The notes beneath the pieces are model-generated. The model had not been told where the DNA came from. It ran no database searches and saw only the letters and a list, made by a program, of their open reading frames with translations. From a virus (lineage: Duplodnaviria > Caudoviricetes): a DNA stretch of 47,268 nt. The translations under genes were made by a program, and so were the position numbers. Location of the stretch: positions 1-47,268 of IMG/VR virus record IMGVR_UViG_3300023214_000238, one strand, 5' to 3'. Positions 18,860 through 27,539 of the stretch are shown here, in pieces; the stretch's first letter is position 1, and each line of letters begins with the position of its first letter.

Positions 18860-19635
18860 TGCCAGAACCGCAAGAACAGAACAAGAGGGACGAGACCTGC
18901 AGGAAGTTCAGCGAGCTATACAGGGAATTTCCCAAGGAGGAGATCAAGTACAGAGAGGTTCGGGGCCAAAGCCTGGCGTACATTACCGCAAGGTCGGTCA
19001 TGAACCGCCTTGACGCCGTCTTCGGCCCGGAAAACTGGGAGGATTACTACCAGGTCACTGAGTCCGGTAGATGGATATGCCGGATCACAGTCCACCTTGA
19101 CGACGGCCGCTCCGTCGTCAAGTGCGGGGCCTCGGGCGAAAACCTGAACATGAGCGATCCGTCCGACATCCCAAAGTCTGGGGCGACGGACGCATTCAAG
19201 ACGGCGGCGGTGAAATTCGGGATCGGCCGCTACCTCTACAATGATGGAATCGTCAATCTTGAGACGGGCGGAATCACGCACTCTACACGCGAAGAGCCGA
19301 CGCAGGGCAGCGCTAATCAGTCGAAGCCGTCGGCAAGGAGTAGATCGTCTCAAGAGATCAAGCCCGGCGATTGGCATAAAATGCCGTCGCCCAAACACGG
19401 GCGGGCTCTGTTCGCCCGCATCAGAGAGATCGAGGACACATTCAAGGTCAAGTTCCTCAATTCCGTGAATCAGCTAGTCAAGGAGCAATTCGGCGGCGAA
19501 ACGCGCATTGTTGACCTGGCCGACGAGGACGCGGTGTCGCTCTGGCATGGCGTCAAACAGATACTCGATGAACACTTCGGGACAGAAAGCCCGGCCGAAG
19601 AAGACGATTCAGACGACAACTGGCCTAAGTTCTGA
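18859..19635 (+). CDS. Rad52/Rad22-family ssDNA annealing protein (Sak-like)
   Basis: LAYITARSVMNRLDAVFGPENW and KSGATDAFKTAAVKFGIGRYLY. Confidence 0.92.
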   Translation: MPEPQEQNKRDETCRKFSELYREFPKEEIKYREVRGQSLAYITARSVMNRLDAVFGPENWEDYYQVTESGRWICRITVHLDDGRSVVKCGASGENLNMSDPSDIPKSGATDAFKTAAVKFGIGRYLYNDGIVNLETGGITHSTREEPTQGSANQSKPSARSRSSQEIKPGDWHKMPSPKHGRALFARIREIEDTFKVKFLNSVNQLVKEQFGGETRIVDLADEDAVSLWHGVKQILDEHFGTESPAEEDDSDDNWPKF

Positions 19636-19637
19636 GA

Positions 19638-20549
19638 GTGAAACGAGACAGCGAACAGATCGCCTTGAGCCAGTCGGCCGCGCGGTGGTATAGGTCGCGT
19701 GGATTCAATCCACTGCCGAGTCGGCGCGACAGGAAACAGCCTACGCTTCCGACCTATTCAAAGGAAAGAGACGAGGGGATAACAGATGAGATTCTGGAAA
19801 GCTGGGACGGACACAATGTTCAACTCGCCACGGGCGTCAAGTGGGGGCTTCTGGTAGTGGACATGGACGGCCCCGAGGCCGTTCGAGTGTTCACTGAAGC
19901 CGTTCGCGACAGGAAGATCGCGACCTGGAAAGTGAACAGGAACGGTCATGAGAGCGGGCATTTCTATTTTCGCCCTCCCCCGTGGATGGGCAGGGCTCCA
20001 TACCTGACTCTATGGGAGAAGGGCGGAGATAAGATCGAGCTCATCGGGGACGGCAGACTCATCATGGCACCGCCATCAATCCACCCTGAGACCGGAGAGC
20101 GGTACAGGTTTACACATGATAAGTCCGTCAAGGCCCTTGCCAGGCTTCCGCCGTTCGTGTGCCAGAGGATCGAGGCGATTCAAAATGCAAAAAAACAAGA
20201 CTTTTATGGGTCGGCCTTTCAGAAGGTCCACAGGGGTGCATGGGCGGGTTCGGACGACTATCGTTCGGTCATGGGCAAGCTTAATCGCAGGGACGTCATG
20301 GAGATCGCAGAGAGGGTCGGCATAGCCCCCGCGAGGTTCGAGCCGAACAGCCAGGGATGGCTTCCTTGCTACAGAGACTCTGACGATCGAAACCCAAGCG
20401 CATCATTCAACGTTTATTCCGGGGCGTACTGGACGAACAGGGGAGACAAGACGGGCCTTTTTGAACTGCTCGTTTCACGCGGAGAGTTCCCGACAATTCA
20501 AGACGCCATTGATGGCGTCAAGTCAAAATACCTTGGAGGGGCGCAATGA
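19638..20549 (+). CDS. Bifunctional DNA primase/polymerase (Prim-Pol, AEP) protein
   Basis: GFNPLP...KQP, NVQLATG...LLVVDMD, GHFYF and MAPPSIHP..G..Y motifs. Confidence 0.88.
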   Translation: MKRDSEQIALSQSAARWYRSRGFNPLPSRRDRKQPTLPTYSKERDEGITDEILESWDGHNVQLATGVKWGLLVVDMDGPEAVRVFTEAVRDRKIATWKVNRNGHESGHFYFRPPPWMGRAPYLTLWEKGGDKIELIGDGRLIMAPPSIHPETGERYRFTHDKSVKALARLPPFVCQRIEAIQNAKKQDFYGSAFQKVHRGAWAGSDDYRSVMGKLNRRDVMEIAERVGIAPARFEPNSQGWLPCYRDSDDRNPSASFNVYSGAYWTNRGDKTGLFELLVSRGEFPTIQDAIDGVKSKYLGGAQ

Positions 20550-20893
20550 GTGAATGGGCGAGTTTCGGAGAGCCTGAGACGGATGAAGAGAGAAAAGAGA
20601 GGCAATTGAGGGAAGCACTCACAGAGTTGAGCGACATCAGGATTGATCTTGACCACAAGCAGAGAATGGCGTTTGACTCAGACGTGAGCCTTGCGCTTGA
20701 GATTGCCGACAAAATTCGCGAGATCAAGTCCAGTTTCCACTGGCCCCCAGAGCACCCCGGCCGCTCTGGGCGTTACAGGTCAATGGTGTCCATGCTCATC
20801 CGTGCGTCAAACTGGAAGAACTGGAAACTCTGTGGTTGCCGCGACAACCCAGAGTGTGATCTGTGTCGCGGAAGGGGGTATCACATCCTATGA
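20546..20893 (+). CDS. Hypothetical protein with C-terminal Zn-ribbon-like motif
   Basis: ATGA coupling; CGC...CDLCRGRG. Confidence 0.6.
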   Translation: MSEWASFGEPETDEERKERQLREALTELSDIRIDLDHKQRMAFDSDVSLALEIADKIREIKSSFHWPPEHPGRSGRYRSMVSMLIRASNWKNWKLCGCRDNPECDLCRGRGYHIL

Positions 20894-21357
20894 TTCACTG
20901 GTCCTACGGAAACATCTTCAAAACTGAAACGGAAGCCATCGTAAACCCGGTCAATTGTCAGGGGGTCGCCGGCGCGGGCCTTGCGAGGGAATTCAAGAGG
21001 CTCTATCCTGACAATCACGAGGCTTACGCATTGAGAGCCAAGAGAGGAGAGATAAGGCCCGGAGTCTTATACGTTCACGATTGCGGGACCGTCGAGCCCA
21101 GAACCAACCTCTACAGGTGGGTTATAAATCTCCCCACTAAGAGGGAGTGGCACAGCGATTCAAGGCTTGAGGACATTGAAGGCGGCCTTTCCAGTCTTGC
21201 CGACATCATTGAATTCTTGGAAATCCGATCCATCGCGATTCCCGCTCTTGGGTGTGGGCTTGGAGGCTTGAGATGGGAAGACGTAAAGCGAGCCATAGAA
21301 CGAGAGCTTGGCCACCTAGAGGGCGTCTTCATCCAAGTTTTTGAGCCAGCCGACTGA
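20890..21357 (+). CDS. Macrodomain protein (DarG/Poa1p-like ADP-ribose hydrolase)
   Basis: IVNPVNCQGVAGAGLA, INLPTK..W and SIAIPALGCGLGGL.W. Confidence 0.9.
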   Translation: MIHWSYGNIFKTETEAIVNPVNCQGVAGAGLAREFKRLYPDNHEAYALRAKRGEIRPGVLYVHDCGTVEPRTNLYRWVINLPTKREWHSDSRLEDIEGGLSSLADIIEFLEIRSIAIPALGCGLGGLRWEDVKRAIERELGHLEGVFIQVFEPAD

Positions 21358-23036
21358 TGAAGACAAGAGACGAAATACAGGCTGAAATGGTTGACGCCGT
21401 CGCGTTGTGCGTGGAAAAGTCGAACTCCGCTGTCATTGAAGCGGCGACGGGGGTCGGCAAGACGAAGGTCGCCGCAGACGTCGTTCGCCATTTATCCGAA
21501 GCCAAGGGCTGGAAGGCTGTATTTCTCGTCGATGAGGTCAATCTAAGGGAACAGAGCGCCCTGGCTCTCGAACACTGGGGCCTCCGGGTCGCCGTTGAGG
21601 GCGGGGAAAGACGCGCGTCCGATCTTGAGCTATTGCAAGCCGGGGAAGTCGATGTGCTTGTCGCAACGCGACAGACGCTAGCACGAAATGGGACAGGGGA
21701 GGCAAGGTATCGGTCTGCGCTTTTTCGACTCGGATGGCCCAAGGCTCATATCCTCATTGTGGACGAATGCCACGTTGGAATCACGGGTAAAGAACTCAAG
21801 GCTGTTCGCAGTCTCGTTAAGCCGGAGTTCACCCTTGGCCTTTCGGCTACCCCTTATCTTTCCAGCGGAGTTAAGTTAGTTCCGGAGATATTCGATGAAA
21901 CGGCGTACAGATATCCGGCGGAAGACGCCGATGGGAAGCCGGGCGCGATTTCCAACGGGCACCTTGTCCCCCCTTATTGCCTTGACTGCCAAACATCAGT
22001 AGACCTTCGGGGTCTCAAAACGGCAATCACCAGCTTCGGCAAGGACTACAATTCGGGGGAACTAGACAGGCTTCTCGCCGAGCATGTGGGCGAACTTGTC
22101 AATGCGGCGCGCCAGCAGATCGAGTTGAACGGCCCGGCCACGAGGGGGATCTGCTTCTGTTCTTCGGTGGCGCTGGCCGAAGCGTTTGCGTCTGTCTGGC
22201 GATCGGTGGGATGCACGTCTGAGGCAATGCATGGGCAGAGTCCTGACGCCGAAGCCATCAAGGCGAAGTATCAGAATGGGGAGATCCAAGTCCTTTGCGT
22301 CTGTCAGATGGGCACGAAGGGGTTTGACGACCCCCCGACCGACTTCCTCGTGTTGGCCCGGCCGACGAAATCATATCCGCTGGCCCGTCAGATGGTCGGT
22401 CGGGGGCTTCGCCTGTGCCCGGAAACGAACAAAACGAGATGCCTTATCATTGGATTTGCGTGGCAGGCCGACGAAAGCGCGGAGCCCGTCTCTGTCTTGG
22501 ATATCTTCTCCGAGGGCCTTCCCGAAAACGTTCGCAGCATTGCGAAGGGCATATCTTCCCAAGCATCGCGCGACGGCGGGGCTGTCAATCCTCTTGATAT
22601 TATCAACACGGCAAAAATTGAAGCCGAATCCAGGGAAAGGGCTGGCAAAAAGCCATACACCCTGGCTTCCGCTGAAAGAAGAGACGTCGAGCACAAAGTC
22701 AGAATTCGCGACATATTCGGAAACGAATATGAGGTCGCCGGGGTGCAGCCAATCAAAGACGATCTTCCGGCGGAGGAGGCGGCGGCTGAATCTCAGTTGA
22801 GACGACTTGAGGCCATCGGGGTTCCCAAGTCGAGGATTTCAGGGATGACGTCAGGAACAGCCGATCGGATTCTCCACTTCTGGGAAGGGCGCGGAGAAGC
22901 CGGAATGAGCACGTACAAACAGGCGAATCTCATCATGAAGCACAAGAAGGACATGGACATGAAAGCAATATGCGATCTTACAAAAGACGAAGCGAGTCGG
23001 ATTATTTCCAAGATCATGAAAAGGTGGAAGAGATGA
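21357..23036 (+). CDS. Superfamily 2 DExH helicase
   Basis: ATGVGKT, DECH, SATP, KGFD.P and QMVGRGLR motifs. Confidence 0.92.
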   Translation: MKTRDEIQAEMVDAVALCVEKSNSAVIEAATGVGKTKVAADVVRHLSEAKGWKAVFLVDEVNLREQSALALEHWGLRVAVEGGERRASDLELLQAGEVDVLVATRQTLARNGTGEARYRSALFRLGWPKAHILIVDECHVGITGKELKAVRSLVKPEFTLGLSATPYLSSGVKLVPEIFDETAYRYPAEDADGKPGAISNGHLVPPYCLDCQTSVDLRGLKTAITSFGKDYNSGELDRLLAEHVGELVNAARQQIELNGPATRGICFCSSVALAEAFASVWRSVGCTSEAMHGQSPDAEAIKAKYQNGEIQVLCVCQMGTKGFDDPPTDFLVLARPTKSYPLARQMVGRGLRLCPETNKTRCLIIGFAWQADESAEPVSVLDIFSEGLPENVRSIAKGISSQASRDGGAVNPLDIINTAKIEAESRERAGKKPYTLASAERRDVEHKVRIRDIFGNEYEVAGVQPIKDDLPAEEAAAESQLRRLEAIGVPKSRISGMTSGTADRILHFWEGRGEAGMSTYKQANLIMKHKKDMDMKAICDLTKDEASRIISKIMKRWKR

Positions 23037-23389
23037 TTGACTTCAATCAGGTCGAATGCCGCCGCGCCTCGCCGGAACGAGAAGCCGACTACAACATTAT
23101 GAGGGAGCTCCTTGCTCTCTACTTGTGGGCCTACGTACCCAAAGGCTCTAGGGCGGCAATGTGGCTTCACTATGGCTTTGGAGGTCCAGCCAGAACTCCA
23201 CAAGAGGTCGCCGACATACTCGAAATCGACGTTCAGGCGGTTCACAAGAGGCTTTCGTTCGGAAGGGACAAGCTTTTGGAAACAAGCAAGAGCCCCAACG
23301 AAGCAAGGGAAGTTGTCCGCCGGCGATGGACCCGCAAGATTACTAAGGAATTCAGGCGTCCTTGGGAGATTTTCCCAAACTGGGGTTGA
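23033..23389 (+). CDS. Stand-alone sigma-70 region-4-like HTH regulator
   Basis: LHYGFGGPARTPQEVADILEIDVQAVHKRLSFGRDKL resembles region 4.2. Confidence 0.7.
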   Translation: MIDFNQVECRRASPEREADYNIMRELLALYLWAYVPKGSRAAMWLHYGFGGPARTPQEVADILEIDVQAVHKRLSFGRDKLLETSKSPNEAREVVRRRWTRKITKEFRRPWEIFPNWG

Positions 23390-23414
23390 CATGGGGTCAA
23401 GGCTGTGGTATAGT
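23386..23414 (+). promoter_or_regulatory. Sigma-70-type promoter with extended -10
   Basis: TTGACA-N17-TATAGT with TG upstream of the -10. Confidence 0.8.
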
Positions 23415-23470
23415 TTGTGAAGTCGCGGGCGAACACGAACAACGAGGCATTTCACATGCGGAGGCCCCAA

Positions 23471-23881
23471 GTGAATCAAAAAGAAAAAGAAATAGTCTTA
23501 CTTGCATGCGCTGACAAGACCGTGGAACGTTCATTCCTTGATTACCTCGATCCCGATATTTGGTTGTTTACCGTTAATCGCGAGGGCGATTCCGAAGACC
23601 TTGAGGCGTTCGATTTCCGACTTGGGATAGCCGTGGGGGACGTCCTGCCGTCAGTCGTCGTTATCTCCTCGGGGTACGCCGACGACGGCCACGAGGAAGC
23701 GGCCCGCCTTTCCGAGAGGATTCGGAAGTGCGGCTACCCCACTGTGTATCTCTACGATCCAGGGGTGGGGCCGCCCGATGAACTTATCCACATCATGTTC
23801 GACTTAGTCAAAGCCACTCCATTGAACTCAGAAGGCGCTGGAGACATTCTTGAATTAGCCTGCCACGGAGAGCCGCGATGA
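23471..23881 (+). CDS. Hypothetical protein
   Basis: GGAGG RBS, GTG start; first gene after promoter. Confidence 0.6.
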   Translation: MNQKEKEIVLLACADKTVERSFLDYLDPDIWLFTVNREGDSEDLEAFDFRLGIAVGDVLPSVVVISSGYADDGHEEAARLSERIRKCGYPTVYLYDPGVGPPDELIHIMFDLVKATPLNSEGAGDILELACHGEPR

Positions 23882-24117
23882 TTCACAAGAATTCGAATAT
23901 CCCCGAGGACTGCCTGGTTATGTGCCACACTTGCGATGAGGTCGAATACAAGAGCGACCTTAACCTTTGCGTGGCGTGTGAACACAAATACTGCCACGAT
24001 TGCAGCCAGTGGGTGTGCAAACCCGAGGACGAGACTGACGGGGAATACATGTGCCTCGAATGCATCGACGAGGAAGTCCGCCGAGACGGGGAAATCAGCA
24101 TGGGAGGACAATCATGA
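23878..24117 (+). CDS. Small Cys-rich (zinc-finger-like) protein
   Basis: Four CxxC pairs in 79 aa; ATGA coupling at both ends. Confidence 0.7.
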   Translation: MIHKNSNIPEDCLVMCHTCDEVEYKSDLNLCVACEHKYCHDCSQWVCKPEDETDGEYMCLECIDEEVRRDGEISMGGQS

Positions 24118-24857
24118 CCGCCGAGCCCACCAGCAAACTCCCCGAAGTTACGGTGGAGGAGCTGCTCAGTCGCGGCCCGTGCTGGACTGAAAACAAGGTC
24201 CGAGCCGCCCTGAGCGGCCGAGAGCGATGGACAGCGCTGGACATCCTTGCGGCTTCCGATAAAGACATTCCTCACCACGCAAAGCTGTGGGTGATTCTTC
24301 ACCCACAAGCCTCGCCTTCCGGGATCGTCTTACTGGCTGTCTGTTGGTGTGTTCGCCATACACCCTTGGGCGACGGGCGTACTGTTTGGGGCCTGCTCAC
24401 CGATAAGCGATCGCGGCGCGCGGTCGAAGTGGTCGAACGGTACGCTCGGGGGCAGGCGACGCAAAGTGACATTAGGGACGCCTACGCCGCCGCCGCCGAA
24501 GCCCATGCCGCCTACAACGCCGCCTACGCTGCCCATGCCGCCCGTGCCGAAGCCCATGCCGCCTACGCCGCCGCCGCCGCCCATGCCGCCCGTGCCGCTG
24601 CCCGTGCCGCCTACGCCGCCTACAACGCCGCCCACGCTGCCCATGCCGCCTACGCCGCCGCCGCCGCCGATGCCGCCGATGCCGCCCGTGCCGCTGTCCG
24701 TGCCGCCCGTGCCGCTGCCCGTGCCGCCCGTGCCGCCCGCTTAACCTACGTCGCCGCCGCCGATGCCGCCGTTCAGGCGCAAATCCGAGGCATCGAGCGG
24801 CTTATTCGTGAATACGCCCAAACGGGCGAATTGCCTGAGATTGAGAGCGAAACATGA
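24114..24857 (+). CDS. Phage protein with long Ala-rich repeat tract
   Basis: D.RSRRAVEVVERYA.GQAT domain followed by about 100 residues of AAY/AAH/AAR repeats. Confidence 0.8.
   Translation: MTAEPTSKLPEVTVEELLSRGPCWTENKVRAALSGRERWTALDILAASDKDIPHHAKLWVILHPQASPSGIVLLAVCWCVRHTPLGDGRTVWGLLTDKRSRRAVEVVERYARGQATQSDIRDAYAAAAEAHAAYNAAYAAHAARAEAHAAYAAAAAHAARAAARAAYAAYNAAHAAHAAYAAAAADAADAARAAVRAARAAARAARAARLTYVAAADAAVQAQIRGIERLIREYAQTGELPEIESET
24479..24770 (+). repeat. GCC-rich coding repeat tract
   Basis: Reiterated GCCGCC + TAC/CAT/CGT/GAT units. Confidence 0.85.
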
Positions 24858-25285
24858 GATACAAAGAGGCGGCTGCCAACATCGGAAGCAATGTCCAGGC
24901 GCGGACCGCCTATAGCGGCGTCTACACCGGACAACTCGTTGAGGTCTTAAAAGAGCCGAAGAAACCGTGGAGGGGGCTCATCCTCATCAACGGCGTACTC
25001 AAGCCGGCGAGGTTTGAGTATGGCCGTCGAGACCTTCGGGGGTTTCGCCCAGGAACGGTCATCGAAGTTGGCTGCGTTAATATCAGACTGACCGAGGCCG
25101 TCGGCGCGACATATCTTGAGGCGATGGAGCGTGAACTTCGAGAGGTAGATGGGCTGATCGAGATGCTGCGGCCATCCGGTCAAGACACAGCAACACACCA
25201 TGCAATACGCCGCTCACTTCAGAATCGCATCGACGAAGAACGCAGGCTCCAAGAAACCAACCCACAAGAGGAGACCTGGAAGTGA
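24854..25285 (+). CDS. Hypothetical protein
   Basis: ATGA coupling. Confidence 0.65.
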   Translation: MRYKEAAANIGSNVQARTAYSGVYTGQLVEVLKEPKKPWRGLILINGVLKPARFEYGRRDLRGFRPGTVIEVGCVNIRLTEAVGATYLEAMERELREVDGLIEMLRPSGQDTATHHAIRRSLQNRIDEERRLQETNPQEETWK

Positions 25286-25566
25286 TTGATAACCCCGTCA
25301 TCGTCGAGTCGAAAAGCCACGACAGACTTTTCTTCGGATGGCTCGTCGAGTGCGGCGAAGAGGGCGTCGTTTTACGCGACGCCAGGGTGATTACTCGCGT
25401 TGGACGGCCGAACGATCCTGAAGGAATCGCAATGGCCATCGAAGGGCCTGGCCCATACGCAATCGCCAGCCCCGTTGTTCCGATGATGGCGGCGAAGGGC
25501 GTCACAGTCATGTGCCAGCTACAGCAGTCTGTGGCCTCGGAATGGGCGAATTACCCTTGCTCTTGA
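25282..25566 (+). CDS. Hypothetical protein (DUF6948-like)
   Basis: VIV...LFFGWL...VVLRDAR...GIAMAIEGP pattern; GAGGAG RBS. Confidence 0.55.
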   Translation: MIDNPVIVESKSHDRLFFGWLVECGEEGVVLRDARVITRVGRPNDPEGIAMAIEGPGPYAIASPVVPMMAAKGVTVMCQLQQSVASEWANYPCS

Positions 25567-25629
25567 TTGCGCCGCCCAACCCTCATTCACAATGGAGCGA
25601 GCGTGGAATCCAACACCATCGGAGCCATC

Positions 25630-27159
25630 ATGAAGTCCGAATCAGGCCGTGTCAGTCGCGTCGTTCGTGTCGGAGAGTCGATCGCCGACGCCATCGAACA
25701 GGCGGCAAACGGAGAACAGATTTTCCTCGCTTCGGGCACTCACGCCCTAGACCGCCCGGTGAAGATTCAAGACAAGCGCGATATTGAGATCATCGGGGCT
25801 GGGCGGACGGAATCGAGGATCAGAGTTTCGCCCGACTTGGAGCCTCCCGAGGGCCAGCAAGACGCGATTGCGTTCGAGATTGGGTCGAACGTCAAGAGGC
25901 TGACGATCAGCAGCATCAGCGCGTTCGTCGTCGATCGCCCTTCGGACAAGAGGCTTCAGTTCATCGGCAGTCGGGGCGGCACAGACCTTGTGTCCGACGT
26001 GATCATCAGCCACCTTCACGTTCAGGGGTTCAGCGTTGGGATATCACTCGCGACCACTCCCCGGCATGATATCCGCGACGTGGCGATCCAGCACTGCCAC
26101 GTCACCGAGTGCCACGGCATTCCCGACGGTCCGAACATCGCACCTGGGAGCGGATACGGGATTCACCTGAGAAACGTCCAGGGTGGCGAGATTGAAGGCT
26201 GCCGCATTGAGGACTGCGACCGTCATTCGATCTATGTCTCCGAAGGGCAAGGCCCCGTCTACGTTTCAGGAAACCTGATTCTTTACCATGACTTTCATGG
26301 GCGCAACGCCCGCACGTGGAATGCGGCGCTACAGGTCGCGAGAACGCAAGACGTTTCGGTTGAACGCAACCTCGTACTCGATTCTTTTTCGGACGCCATT
26401 GGCGTTCATCATGACGATCGGACTGGCGAGTTTGATCCGACGAACACGGCACTGATCGGCAATCAAGCGATCGGTTATCACCACGCCGGGCTCTGGCTTG
26501 CGCTTGATGAGGGAGTCAGCCATGAGTGCAATCGCTACGTCCCCAACATGGCGCCTAGTGACCGAAGGTCGGCGTCAAGGCGGCGGCCTATATCGTGGGC
26601 CAAGGAGCCTTGGGACACATCGAGCCCTATCGACTACCGGGGCTCGCTCAAGAGAGAAACAGAGCCCGAATTTTGGACGGAACACAACGGGGGCATCGCG
26701 AAGCTGGAAGGCGGCGTTTTGGTGGACTCGGCCGGATGGGAGATCGCTTTTGTCCCCAACGCCCTAGGCCTTGCAAGCGACGGGCCTTGGCTGTACGTGC
26801 CAAGCGAGGGCGGCGTCGATCGGCACATGCCTGGCTCGCGTTCGGAACCTGTTATGCCCGGATACCTTGGCCGGCTTCTCTGGCCCACGGTGGTCAAAAA
26901 TCGCATTTACGGCGTGCTGCCCGACGGGTCGGTTGTCGGGTTTCCGACGAGCAGGGAGGCTAATCAGCGGAAAAACGTCGAGTACATCAGAGACCCCGGT
27001 ATTGAGCCGCCCGTTCGATTGAGCAGGCAATTCGATCTCCGGCAAAGTGTCGAGTACATCAGAGACCCCGGTATTGAGCCGCCCGTTCGATGGCTCGGAT
27101 CATGGGGCAACTCACTATTCCTGTTCGACGGCATTAGCATTCAAGAGTTCGGCCTATGA
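25630..27159 (+). CDS. Right-handed parallel beta-helix (pectin-lyase-like) protein
   Basis: SIADAIEQA..G..IFLASGTH cap; IIGAG; GYGIHL...IEGCRIEDCDRHSI repeats. Confidence 0.8.
   Translation: MKSESGRVSRVVRVGESIADAIEQAANGEQIFLASGTHALDRPVKIQDKRDIEIIGAGRTESRIRVSPDLEPPEGQQDAIAFEIGSNVKRLTISSISAFVVDRPSDKRLQFIGSRGGTDLVSDVIISHLHVQGFSVGISLATTPRHDIRDVAIQHCHVTECHGIPDGPNIAPGSGYGIHLRNVQGGEIEGCRIEDCDRHSIYVSEGQGPVYVSGNLILYHDFHGRNARTWNAALQVARTQDVSVERNLVLDSFSDAIGVHHDDRTGEFDPTNTALIGNQAIGYHHAGLWLALDEGVSHECNRYVPNMAPSDRRSASRRRPISWAKEPWDTSSPIDYRGSLKRETEPEFWTEHNGGIAKLEGGVLVDSAGWEIAFVPNALGLASDGPWLYVPSEGGVDRHMPGSRSEPVMPGYLGRLLWPTVVKNRIYGVLPDGSVVGFPTSREANQRKNVEYIRDPGIEPPVRLSRQFDLRQSVEYIRDPGIEPPVRWLGSWGNSLFLFDGISIQEFGL
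26977..27091 (+). repeat. 43-bp perfect direct repeat, 72-bp period, in frame
   Basis: 26977-27019 identical to 27049-27091 (VEYIRDPGIEPPVR twice). Confidence 0.95.
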
Positions 27160-27539
27160 GCGGCGGTGAACAATGCGCTCGATGCAAGTCAGTCGGTGTT
27201 GACCGGAGGACGCTGTGGATGTCGTGTTTATATGACATGTCCGAATTGGACGTGCCGTTCAAACGAGTCACATTCGAAAATCCGGGGTTGCCGCCATGCA
27301 AACGAACGTTCTACACGCTAAGGGTGTGCAAGCGGTGCCGATCCGAGTGGATGGGCGCAGTCCGATGTTGGTTCCATGCGCCGCCGCTGGGGGAGGATGG
27401 CGATGCTGGCGATCCGCAAGATGGATCGGAAGTCGGATCGGGGATTTTCGTTCGGGAGTTGGGGGTCAGCCGTGAGATCACCCTGGAAGAATGGGAGAGG
27501 CGTCAAGAGGAACAGAGCACAAGGGAGGCGGACTCATGA
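27156..27539 (+). CDS. Hypothetical Zn-binding protein
   Basis: CARC and CKRC pairs; ATGA coupling. Confidence 0.65.
   Translation: MSGGEQCARCKSVGVDRRTLWMSCLYDMSELDVPFKRVTFENPGLPPCKRTFYTLRVCKRCRSEWMGAVRCWFHAPPLGEDGDAGDPQDGSEVGSGIFVRELGVSREITLEEWERRQEEQSTREADS

Noticed and set aside
26977-27091. Mini-CRISPR or DGR template/variable repeat pair
   Set aside because: In-frame coding duplication; the spacer is homologous to upstream DNA; differences are not adenine-specific; no reverse transcriptase in window
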